In this document: positions 25,161 through 35,130 of the stretch, piece after piece
How positions within the stretch are numbered: position 1 is the stretch's first letter
Layout: each line of letters begins with the position of its first letter
Assembly: GCA_004764695.1 (NCBI GenBank)
Contig: SMSO01000035.1
Coordinates: 2,232,001 to 2,296,000 of the forward strand
Direction: 5' to 3'
Length of the DNA stretch: 64,000 bases
From: Schizochytrium sp. TIO01
Taxonomy: Eukaryota > Protista > Bigyra: Labyrinthulomycetes
Notes under the pieces: generated by a model
What the model was told of the DNA's origin: nothing
The model's database searches: none
Seen by the model: only the letters and a program-made list of their open reading frames with translations
Program-made: the position numbers and the translations under genes

Positions 25161-25315
25161 ATCAATTAGCTCAGGTATAACTGAGAAGAAGGGAACGGCA
25201 TTACTCCCAGAGATGCTTAAAAAGCAAGAGCAAGCAAGCAAGCAAAGCACGAAAAGCAAAGGTCTAATCTCTACAGATCCGCCCAGGTCTTTGAGCTCTC
25301 CTCCAGGACTAGACC

Positions 25316-26584
25316 ATGGCGGAGGCGACAGCAGGACCGCAAGGCGTTCAGGTGTCCACAACTCGTATTTCTGCGCAAGATCAACAGCGCCGCAGTACGA
25401 ACGCAGCGGACGCACTGGTCTCATCAGCACCATGGCCACCTTCTTTCCAGCAGGCAGGCCAGCCAGATATGGTCTTGGCCGTCCAGAAAGACGCCTATTA
25501 TCGCCAAAAAGTTCGCGAGCAATTTCTGAGTGCATTTGATGTTTTATTGGAGCCCTACCAATCTGTAGTAGTCATGCCGGAAGTGAAACTGTTGGCAGAA
25601 TTGACATACTTTATGCTCACAACTGGCCAAGACAAGCAGACTCTTGGTGAAGAATACGTGGATATCATTCCAGTCGTAAGAGACAAGCTGAGGAATTCTT
25701 GGGATCTTCCACGCAAGCTTCAGAAATTAGCACTGCTTTTCTTTGGCGTTATTGCGCCGTATATGGTTCAAAGAATTGAAAGCGGAGGCTGGAAGTCCCT
25801 CGCGGTACTCTTTCAGAAACCCATGACAGCAGCAGAACGGGCTGCAGAAATGCGCAGGAAGATGCTTGAGCGTGCACGTCAACAGACACCGGCGGCTAAT
25901 GCGGGCTCGAATGGGCAAAACGGATCTTCGCAGATTGACATTGATGCACCAAAACCAAATTTGCGGCAACGACTTGTTGATTTTTACACTGCAAATCGTG
26001 AGCGCATTCTCTGGCTTCTGAGCTGGTCAGAGTTTCTTTACAAGGTTCACTTGGCAATATTTTATTTGCGTGGAACTTTTTATGAACTGCCTAAACGACT
26101 GGCTGGATTCCAGTATGTGTTTTCTCGTGTACCAAAGTCTGACAGGCCATCGTATAGGATCTTGGGTTGGTTTATTCTGGCGCAACTGGCTATTGAGGCA
26201 GCCCCCGCTGTACGTCACTCATTTCAAACCCTTCTTTTTTCCTGGGGAGTCCTTGCTAAGCGGCCTAATGAATCTGGGGAAGGCGATGCAGATTCCAAAG
26301 ACCGTGACGAAATCGTACCATCCTTACCTACTGCTGACAGTGCCTCACAAGACCTCGAAGATCTTGATCTCGTAGTTCTTCGTGACAAAAAACACGAACG
26401 AGGAATGGAACATATTAAATGTGGCATTTGTTTGAGCCCAGTCGAAAATGGTGCATGTCCCCCGTGTGGACATATGTACTGCTACGAACATATTGTCGAG
26501 GCAGTGGCAGTGAAAAGCGAGTGCCCGCTCTGTCGTCAAGCATGTACCCCATCTGATATAATGTGTGTTTACTTCACTTTGTAG
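25316..26584 (+). CDS. PEX10: Peroxisome biogenesis factor 10 (Pex2/Pex12 N-terminal domain plus RING finger)
   Basis: AGQPDMVLAVQKDAYY, QTLGEEYVDI, HLAIFYLRGTFYELPKRL, and a C-terminal RING CGIC...CPPCGHMYCYEH...CPLCR. Confidence 0.93.
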   Translation: MAEATAGPQGVQVSTTRISAQDQQRRSTNAADALVSSAPWPPSFQQAGQPDMVLAVQKDAYYRQKVREQFLSAFDVLLEPYQSVVVMPEVKLLAELTYFMLTTGQDKQTLGEEYVDIIPVVRDKLRNSWDLPRKLQKLALLFFGVIAPYMVQRIESGGWKSLAVLFQKPMTAAERAAEMRRKMLERARQQTPAANAGSNGQNGSSQIDIDAPKPNLRQRLVDFYTANRERILWLLSWSEFLYKVHLAIFYLRGTFYELPKRLAGFQYVFSRVPKSDRPSYRILGWFILAQLAIEAAPAVRHSFQTLLFSWGVLAKRPNESGEGDADSKDRDEIVPSLPTADSASQDLEDLDLVVLRDKKHERGMEHIKCGICLSPVENGACPPCGHMYCYEHIVEAVAVKSECPLCRQACTPSDIMCVYFTL

Positions 26585-27219
26585 AGGTATGGATAGGAGC
26601 TAGCACAATCAAGTCACTCTGAGCGCTCATCATGCTCTCAACTATATGTGTCAGTTTGAGTGGATTTGTATTTAGACAATCACCCCAGCACAAGCTCATG
26701 AAGGATTGTGAGATAGACATTACCTCTGGTTCATTCTCTTTATTGTATAATGAAACTAAAGTGGTAGACCTAATATGTAGTTTTCAATGTAACGGAAGAC
26801 CGGTACTAGAGATTTACGAGGTCCCATCCCGTGGCTCTCATTTTCACTTTTATGTCAGCTATTTAGAAAAGGCGAACAACACCTGCTTGGAGTTGATGAA
26901 TTCCATTTCATGCTCTTTTGCAAACAGTAGTCCTATTCGTTTTTAATTTATTTAGTTCACTTCGCTTATCCTCTATCACTTTTTTACTATTTACAAAGGA
27001 AAGGACGACAAGAACTTAGGATTGGAAGAGATATAATGATTCGTATCTTCTTTGAGATTGCAGCTTAGATACGAATTGTCTATAATTTTCATTTAGTAAG
27101 TGAGCTCCATAGGAGGGGCCGCCTCGTTGATATTTCTTTCAAAACCATTAATGGAGTAAGGAGACAATTAAAAAAGCAGAACAGGATATGAAATGAAATG
27201 GTATTTGCGTTCAACATAT

Positions 27220-28419
27220 TTACTTGCTTTCAGTAGTTGCGTTGGATGGAGGAGGTGTGGCTGCTGAAGAGGTTGGCATAGGAGGCGCTTCAAGCATTAC
27301 TGTAGGTTCTGGGAAGCCAAATGCACCAACAATTGGAGAAGCTCCCATGGGAGACCCAGGGATCTGCGGCATCATCAACCCTCCCGCGGGATACATAAAA
27401 TGGGGCGCAGAGCCGTAACTAAACCCAGTTGCAGCTGATGGTGATCCTGGAATGACTGTGGGGGATCCAGTTGCCATCATGTTCGAGAGTGACTGTTGGG
27501 TCATATAGTAAAGCTGGCTAGGCTGGAACATCATCTGCGGAGAGCCAGCATATTCACCGTTGACAGGTTGCGACAAGGAAAGCATTTGCATGTTTGCCAT
27601 GAGATCAGGCGGGAAATTCGGAGGAATTGGAAAGTTCGCTCCACCAATATTATTCTCCTCCAAGAGTGAAAGAGGACATTGCTGAAACCAGTGCGAATCG
27701 GGTCCCCCGCCCTCTTTGCCACAAATCTTGCACACATAACCTACTTTAGGAGGTTGAAAACTCTTTTTGCCAGATCTTCCCTTGGAAGCATCTGACATGA
27801 ACGGGTGAAGATGATGCTGATGAGCAAAGCCACCATGGAGATTGTTCATGTGAGAAGGGTGGTGTTGGTGATGGCGATGGTTCCCCATTCCGTTAGCCAT
27901 GCCCATTTGATCTGGGTATTGAAAGCCATGTCCTCCATTGAAGTTCGTATTCTTTGCTGAGGGAGCTGCACTATTTCCGTTCCAACCAGGAGGGAGCTCA
28001 CCTTGACGTTGAGGGCACAACTGGAACCAGTGGGAGTCTGGCTCGCCACCAGGCTTGCCACAAACCTTGCAGGTGTAGCCCGCCTTTGGTTTTGGTTTTT
28101 TCTGAGACGTATTTGCGTCCGTCTGCATATTGTCAAATTGGTTGTTTGCATGAATCTTGGCATTGGCATTGTTTCGATTCCGCGACCGGGACCCATGGGG
28201 TCCGTTTCCTGAGTGGAAGTCGTGTCTTGCAAGCCTTCCGCGGCTCGGAATGTGAGCTACCGGCTCGTCGACCGGAGCATCGGTTGTGCTATCCCCGTCC
28301 GTCGATGCATTAATCTCAAACTCCATATCCTTCCCGTTCCCGTACATGGGGTCGTTCGTGTCGATTGAAGACCGACCGGACTTTGATTCTAGTTTGTCCA
28401 ACGCGCGCGCTTCCTCCAT
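27220..28419 (-). CDS. Low-complexity protein with two extended zinc knuckles (CX2CX9HX4C), probable RNA-binding protein
   Basis: PKAGYTCKVCGKPGGEPDSHWFQLCP (28015-28071) and PKVGYVCKICGKEGGGPDSHWFQQCP (27676-27732), resembling RBBP6/Mpe1-type knuckles. N/H/Q/M/P-rich linkers. A TTTAG candidate splice acceptor lies 12 nt upstream of the ATG. Confidence 0.8.
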   Translation of the reverse strand: MEEARALDKLESKSGRSSIDTNDPMYGNGKDMEFEINASTDGDSTTDAPVDEPVAHIPSRGRLARHDFHSGNGPHGSRSRNRNNANAKIHANNQFDNMQTDANTSQKKPKPKAGYTCKVCGKPGGEPDSHWFQLCPQRQGELPPGWNGNSAAPSAKNTNFNGGHGFQYPDQMGMANGMGNHRHHQHHPSHMNNLHGGFAHQHHLHPFMSDASKGRSGKKSFQPPKVGYVCKICGKEGGGPDSHWFQQCPLSLLEENNIGGANFPIPPNFPPDLMANMQMLSLSQPVNGEYAGSPQMMFQPSQLYYMTQQSLSNMMATGSPTVIPGSPSAATGFSYGSAPHFMYPAGGLMMPQIPGSPMGASPIVGAFGFPEPTVMLEAPPMPTSSAATPPPSNATTESK

Positions 28420-29210
28420 GGTGCACGACAGCTAAATAAACACACTAGTTTTGGCAACACAAAAGCGAACACAGAGCAGCTCGGTACACCAAGCCAATAT
28501 CAATATCCAAAAACAAAGAAAAGAAACGGTACAGTGAAAGAAACCCGCGGAGCTCTAGCGCTACGTCGCTCAACCAAACGATTCTTTGCAAGATTTCAAA
28601 ATAGCCTTTGCGAGGCCTCTCCACACACGTAGTTGATACTTTAATGAAAATAAAGTATTGAGTTTAACGTCTTTCACCCCACGACAAAAGGAAAGCAATA
28701 AACGTGTCCACCAAAGATTTTCGCTGTTCACGACTCCCTGCTCCTGCGGTACAGGCCACTGCGGAACCTTGTTTGATCTGCTTGCTTGCTTGTTTGCTTG
28801 CTACGGAAGCTCCTAGGTATCTTGCCTATTGGTCTTCACTGAAGACCTTGAGTTCGTTTGCTTCCCGCCCCGCGTAACCCTCAAGCCGCTCGCAGACGCG
28901 CCCCAACCTGGCGCTCCCAACAAATAAAAACCCGCCTCTTCAATCCCCGCGAGTCCCGTCCTCGAACTCTTTCCTGCAGTGCCTGTCAGCCCTCGTCGCT
29001 CCCACACCGCAACAGGAAACCGAGACAAATCCCTTGCGACTCGAGATTGTCGCTCGACGCCAACTTAGTTCTTCTCTTCACGCTCAAGAGCGAAGCGGGC
29101 GGCAGAAAAGAACACAAAAGAACAAAGGCGCGCCAATATGATCCAAAGAACGCCGAGGCGCCCCCAAAAAGAACAAAGGCGGAAAAGCAGAGAAAGGGAG
29201 AAAGAAGCGA

Positions 29211-29231
29211 AAGAAGAAGAAGAAGAAGAAG
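29211..29231 (+). repeat. (AAG)n microsatellite
   Basis: Seven AAG units. Confidence 0.9.
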
Positions 29232-29383
29232 ACGTTGACGCACGTTAACCGGCGGTCCGCGGCTCGCGAGGTCCGCGGCGGTTCCCAGAGGGTTCTGGGC
29301 CTCAAGGCTGGCCGGAGGGCAGCAGGAGGAGGGTACCTGAGGCGGAGAACGCTCAGGTGCTCCGCTGGGCTGGCGGTGTCGCT

Positions 29384-29410
29384 TGTCTGTCTGTCTGTCT
29401 GTCTGTCTGT
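29384..29410 (+). repeat. (TGTC)n microsatellite
   Basis: About 6.5 TGTC units. Confidence 0.9.
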
Positions 29411-31814
29411 TGTTTGTGGTTTGGCTTTTCGATTATGTTTTTGAAAAGGCTTTTTCCCCTTTTCGCCCCTATATTTGAAGGCAAAGAAAGAAAGAAAAAA
29501 AGAGAGAAAACTACTTTTGTTTGGTCGCTCGGAATGGCCCAATCCAGCCCGGCCTGCGCAAGCCTTCGAGGGAGCGGGGCGTCGCCGCGGGGAGGGGTCG
29601 CTGACCGGCGTGCGTGTGCCTCGCTGGCCCGCGCGGGGAGGGCTGCAATCTGGGCTTCGTCGGTCCCTGCGGAGCCTGTAGCGGTCTGGAGTCTGCGCTG
29701 CGCCTTTGAGACCAAATTCAAATTATTCTCTCTTCTCAATAATTCAAAGAAGAACTTCAATCGTAATGATTTCTTTCATCTCTTTCATTCATTTCTATCT
29801 TTCTATAACTCAGTTAAAGAAGAGTCACTGATCCTCATAACAAGGATAAGAACAGTTATAGTAGAAGAGAATAAAGAGTAAATTTATACTAAATGAATTG
29901 AAAAGTCGGTACCTCTCTCTCTTTACTCCTTTTCTTTCTTCTTTCTTTCTTTCCTTTCTCTCTATAGCGCCATATATCTCTTACTATAGGCCTCCGATTC
30001 TCCCAAGATGGGACGAGGCCTCCGCGATTCTCCCACTGGGCCCTTCCCTCACACCAACTTGTGGAACTGGGTCGCCTTCCCTGTAGGGAACGGCTGCTTC
30101 GCACTCCACTCGGTACAATACCCCCACTGGACATAAATTGGACTCGGAGTTATTATTTTGCATAAAGTTTTTGAAAAAAGTGTGATGCTATTAGGTACTC
30201 TATGAGTCGGAGAATAGTGCTCGAGTTACTCCGGTACCTCCGTGCGCTGTGCAGATACAACGGCTCTTTGAAAGGAGGGCTCTAAAATGATGGATGGGTA
30301 CAGCACCTAGGCATAGAGTAACAGGTAGCAGAGGCAATAGGAGTTTGGAGCCTGCCTATAATATTAGCGCGAGATCGCACGATTGTTTACTGGTTTCGGC
30401 ATTGGGCGAGGATATATATGTACAGCTTCGTGGCTCTAATGTTGCGAGACTGCATGAAATATATGCTGAGCTCAGGCAGTGATACCGAGCTATCAGCAGA
30501 ATGGAATCAAAAGATGTAACAAAGTGATGGCTTTCTTGGATGGATATCAAGAAGGAGCACTTCGAACCTTGTAATAAAAGGCTAAAGAGATAGTAGCCGT
30601 GTGAACCTATTTCTAATTATGAAAAAAAAGTAGGTACTTCAAGAGTAGACCTACTACGTTAGCCGCTAATACCGGCACTGAGGCAGGCTTGCGAAATGCG
30701 ATCTAACCTGAATGAGTGGGCTATCTTGATGTTGTATGTTTGTTCCTTGGTGTACTGATAGTGCTGATACAGGCCTTGCTATATTATGTTGGATTTTATA
30801 GATGAGGTTAAAAAAAAAAGATAAAAAAAAGATAAAAAAGATAAAAGAAACCATTTTTTATTAGCTATTCGAGATGCTGCCCTTTTGTTGAGGTAGTTGT
30901 TGAGCACATGTGTACAAAGTTGTGTCACTTGCATAGCCGGATCTAAGTAATTACGAGTCAATCATTCTTAGCGCGAGGATAAAATCAGAGCGTTCTCACA
31001 GAGCAGAGCAAAAGAACCTGATGGAATACAGGAGGTATTGATTATTGCATTTTTCGTGTCTTGGCACATATTCCTAAATGAAACCTATGGTACTAGGCCT
31101 ACAATGGTGTTGGGCACAGGTGCTGCTAGCAGGATCCATTGATGCATTTATGCACTCCAAGCTTGAAGTGCGTAGGCTGATCACTCATATAACTCATGTT
31201 TTCTCCTTCCATAAACTAGGATGAATAAATTTGAAGAGAGGAACCTGTATCAAAGAAAAGGGTTATATATGGAGACGTTAAGAGAAGTTGTCCAATTTAT
31301 AATAACCTCACTTCAAATGCCCTGGGCAATACATGTTGAACAGAATACGGTAATATCTGGGTTTTCGCTGTCATTTTGTCACGTTAATATATTTTTATTA
31401 ACTTTTTTAAAAAATTTAAATTAAATTAAAAACAAAAACAAAATAAAAGACCCGTTACGGTGTTTCCCTTTATATTCATGTATGTTCCACAAGGTTTGCA
31501 TCCACCTGCGATACAAGAGTCGTGGCCACTTACATGACAATAAGCTGAAACACTTGGTCCAACGTGTAATAAAGCTTGGGTTACCATCCTACATAAAGAA
31601 CTCTTAGATGTGTACTATTTATCTATGGGTCAAAATAGAGACTCAGAAAGTTGGAAAGAAGACAAACAACACATTCTAGCGGACAAATTTAGTGCTCCTC
31701 TACTAGCTCCTTAGTACTACTTCTCTCAGCAAGAATAGAAACAACAGGAGTAGGATCAGTAGCAACAAAAAGGTCTTTCCCATCCGTGGCATTCGCAGCA
31801 ATCAAAATCTACCG

Positions 31815-31839
31815 CGCTCGCTCGGTGGGCGAGCGAGCG
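31815..31839. repeat. Perfect 10-bp inverted repeat (hairpin) upstream of the NCKX-VSD gene
   Basis: CGCTCGCTCG-gtggg-CGAGCGAGCG. Confidence 0.85.
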
Positions 31840-32168
31840 GGTGGAGTAGGTCCTTCAGAGGAACTGTACTCTGTTTGAAGGTCAAGGTCGTACTTCCCAA
31901 GGCTTATCTTGCTTTCTCTGAAACCTGTAGTCCTTCTGACTTTCACAACGTCAAGTAGTCTCGCCAAGGCAAACATCTACGCATTCAGTGAATTCAATCA
32001 AGAACCATTCAAGAGCAAGACTTCGCCTGAACTTCAATTCGCTAGACTCAATACAAAGCTTCACGAAACCTCTTTGAGTCCTCAAGAGGTAGAAACTACG
32101 ACATTTTAACAGAGAAAGCCTCTGATCGGATTGCTTGTAGAGGGCGAAGGGGGTTCCCATCTCTAAGC

Positions 32169-34367
32169 ATGAGGTCTGCTCTGTCTTCTGCGCTTGTTGC
32201 TCCAATGTCAAGACAAGCTGTGCATCCAACAACAGACATGAGCTCGCGCAAAGGTATGCTTCGCCGGACTCTTCCCCGATCAAACTCCAAGTCTTGGTCA
32301 ATGAGAAAACGTCGCAGGCATGCTCACTATCGATTTTCTAGAAAGCACCTCCTGAAGTTGCAACTTATGCTTTTTTGTATGGTTGCCTTGTACACATTGA
32401 TGCCAAGTGGTTCAACTTTGTGGGGCGCTTCTGATGATTTTGAGTCAGACTTCCACTCAACTTGGGGGCGGTTTTTAACAGAGGATTCCAATACGACAAG
32501 CTCATGCAGCTCTTCCTCATCAACAACATCAAATTCAACAGAGACTTCAGGTGGAGAATTCCCAGATGACTTTTTATCTTACGAACAGAAAGCCCACGGA
32601 GGCATCATTGTTCACATTTTTCTTATCTTTTACATGTTTATGGGTCTAGCTATTGTTTGTGATGAGTATTTCGAGCCTTCGCTGGAGATCTTATGTGAAG
32701 ATCTTCACCTGAAGGAAGATGTCGCTGGTGCAACATTTATGGCGGCGGGCGGCTCAGCACCCGAACTTTTCTCTAGTATCATTGGAGTTTTTGTAGCCAA
32801 AAGCGACATTGGATTTGGTACGATTGTAGGCTCAGCTACATTCAACGTCCTCTTCGTCATTGCTGCCTGTGCCTTTGTGACTGACAATCTGAGTCTAAGC
32901 TGGTGGCCGCTGACGCGTGATTGCGTCTACTACTGCGTTTCAATCGTTGTTCTTGTCTCTTGCATCATTGACCAGGCTGTGACAGCAGTTGATGCAACGA
33001 TTTTACTCATCATGTACGCCATATATATCACCATCATGTACTTTAATGAGCGCTTGGAGATTTACGTGACGAAAAAAGTCGAGGATGCTCAAATCCCGCG
33101 GCAAGGCTGGCGCTTGAAGCTCGAGCATGCACTGGACTCTCGCTTCTTTAATTACTTCATCTACATCATCATAGTACTCAATATCACTACTATATTTTAT
33201 GAGATGGCAAACGATGAAACGAAAGCCACTAACATCATCAATAGTGTGTGCTCAGCTCTCTTTATCACTGAAATGGTGGTCAAGATTGCGACGTTTTCTT
33301 TCTTTGGATATTGGCAGAACCCGGGGAATGCATTTGATGGCACTCTTGTTATTCTTATACTGGTTGAAGTAATTCTTTCTTCCTCAAGTTTCTCAGGTGG
33401 CCTTCGTGTTCTTCGCGCGTTTCGCTTCTTCCGTGTTGCTCGAGTCTTCCGCCTTTATATGGCTTCATTGGTTGAGAAGATTGATGCCGAGACGCAGACA
33501 TGTAGTGAGGACTGGGCGATGCTTGAACTGGCTGAAAAAATGACTTTTGAGGAGGCATCTCAATATGCGCTTCCTTTTGCTACACGCTCTGCCGCTGCAG
33601 TCGCACCGCATCACCGTCTTTCTCTGCGTGGCTCATCTCTGACTGAAGAATTGAAGGCAGAAGGTATTATCAAAGATGCTGAGCCCACAGAGGACAACGA
33701 CAAGGATGTCCGAGCCAGTAAAGTTTCATTCGACGATGATGATGACGATGATGATGGGCCGAGCAATCCATTTGAGCTTCCGGACGGAGGCCCCGTAGAT
33801 TTTGTACTGTGGCTGATAGCTTTTCCTTTGAGCTTCTTCATGTTTCTCACCATTCCCGATTGTCGGAGGCCAATCTTCAAGCGCTTCTACATGCTCACTT
33901 TTTTTATGTGCATTGTTTGGATTGCGCTGCTGGCTTATGTTATGGTTTGGATGGCGACAATCTTTGGGGACTTCTATGGAATTCCGGAGCCAATAATGGG
34001 ACTGACCCTTCTGGCTGCAGGCACGAGTATCCCTGACTTGCTGTCTAGTATTGCTGTGGCAAAGCGAGGATTCGGAGACATGGCTGTCTCGAGTTCAATC
34101 GGTTCAAACATTTTTGATATCTTGATTGGCCTTCCGGTACCTTGGTTTATCTACACGGTCTTTGTTGAGCGGGGTGGAAGCGTTGAGATCCAGTCCGAGG
34201 GGATTACCATCATGGTATTGACTCTCTTTCTGATGGTTGCAGCTGTTGTTTCAATCATCCACTGGAGCAACTGGGTCATGACCAAGAAGCTTGGAGTAGC
34301 AATGGTGGTCCTATACTTTCTATTTGTTGCTGAAAGCCTTATTCTTGAAATCTTGAAGGACTGTTAG
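32169..34367 (+). CDS. K+-dependent Na+/Ca2+ exchanger (NCKX/SLC24 family) with an inserted S1-S4 voltage-sensing domain
   Basis: Alpha-1 repeat DVAGATFMAAGGSAPELFSS...GTIVGSATFN; alpha-2 repeat GLTLLAAGTSIPDLLSS...GDMAVSSSIGSNIFDILIGLP; poly-Asp before the second TM bundle. Central loop contains FFNYFIYIIIVLN (S1), LFITEMVVKI (S2), GYWQNPGNAFD (S2-S3) and LRVLRAFRFFRVARVFRLY (S4). Confidence 0.93.
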   Translation: MRSALSSALVAPMSRQAVHPTTDMSSRKGMLRRTLPRSNSKSWSMRKRRRHAHYRFSRKHLLKLQLMLFCMVALYTLMPSGSTLWGASDDFESDFHSTWGRFLTEDSNTTSSCSSSSSTTSNSTETSGGEFPDDFLSYEQKAHGGIIVHIFLIFYMFMGLAIVCDEYFEPSLEILCEDLHLKEDVAGATFMAAGGSAPELFSSIIGVFVAKSDIGFGTIVGSATFNVLFVIAACAFVTDNLSLSWWPLTRDCVYYCVSIVVLVSCIIDQAVTAVDATILLIMYAIYITIMYFNERLEIYVTKKVEDAQIPRQGWRLKLEHALDSRFFNYFIYIIIVLNITTIFYEMANDETKATNIINSVCSALFITEMVVKIATFSFFGYWQNPGNAFDGTLVILILVEVILSSSSFSGGLRVLRAFRFFRVARVFRLYMASLVEKIDAETQTCSEDWAMLELAEKMTFEEASQYALPFATRSAAAVAPHHRLSLRGSSLTEELKAEGIIKDAEPTEDNDKDVRASKVSFDDDDDDDDGPSNPFELPDGGPVDFVLWLIAFPLSFFMFLTIPDCRRPIFKRFYMLTFFMCIVWIALLAYVMVWMATIFGDFYGIPEPIMGLTLLAAGTSIPDLLSSIAVAKRGFGDMAVSSSIGSNIFDILIGLPVPWFIYTVFVERGGSVEIQSEGITIMVLTLFLMVAAVVSIIHWSNWVMTKKLGVAMVVLYFLFVAESLILEILKDC

Positions 34368-34567
34368 TTACTCAGATACGTCCCTGTCTATATGTACTCA
34401 CCTTCGCACATCTATTCACAGACAACTGATGGATTGAGTCCACAGAATTCGTATTGCGCACAATTTTTTCCTTATTACCAAAAGAATAACAGAAGTACTA
34501 TATATACGCCTCGCACGAAAAGAGAGGGAGTGATAGAATCACCGGAAAGGACCTTTAAAGATGAAGA

Positions 34568-34610
34568 GCAACAAGTTGACAAAGCTTGTGCAACAAGTTG
34601 ACAAAGCTTG
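34568..34610 (+). repeat. Short tandem duplication (22-bp period)
   Basis: GCAACAAGTTGACAAAGCTTG occurs at 34568-34588 and 34590-34610. Confidence 0.85.
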
Positions 34611-34689
34611 CCCGCTTCCCGCAAGGCCGCGATAGCTGCTTAAGTAGCATTAGTTAACGATATCACATTCATTTAATCCAAGTATTGCA

Positions 34690-35130
34690 ATTCATGTTTC
34701 GGGTACATCTAGTAGTCTTTTCAAGTTGAGCGGAGCAGCCAATATTTTAACGACAGCGATTCGTACAATGCTTTCTTCGTACGATATTTTGGGTTGGCTG
34801 TTCAATTATCAAATGGATGAATATTTCCCAAATTCTTCAACGGTTCTACTAATCCCCGAAGCTAATTTTTCAAAAGAAGTATCTCGCGATCTAAATTCCA
34901 CCATATTACTCTTGCAGTTGAATTTCTAGTTATCACATCTCCCCCAAAGGTTCTCCTAATGTCAGGCCCCAATGAAAATATTCGACTTCCTCACTTGCAT
35001 TTCTTAACCGTCCAATCGTACTTTTACATGCACAAAGTAAATGTATATCATAGCAACTGAGTTAATGTCTTGGCCTGCTTTAGAAAGGCAGGTTGTTTGA
35101 TTGATTGCCTTCAAGTCAAGCTAACCCACA
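34690..35130 (-). pseudogene. Decayed RI-type LRR gene relic
   Basis: Minus-strand fragments LDL/EGNQ (about 35120, frameshifted), AFLKQAKTLTQL (35089-35054), SLGPDIRRTFGGDVITRNSTARVI (34975-34904), GLVEPLKNLGNI and LNLKRLLDV. Confidence 0.4.

Noticed and set aside
28800-30150. Cluster of overlapping short ORFs (also at 53.5-56.2 kb and 60.8-62.5 kb)
   Set aside because: Products of microsatellite and GC-rich promoter/UTR sequence (KERK and FFLS repeats); no domain content.
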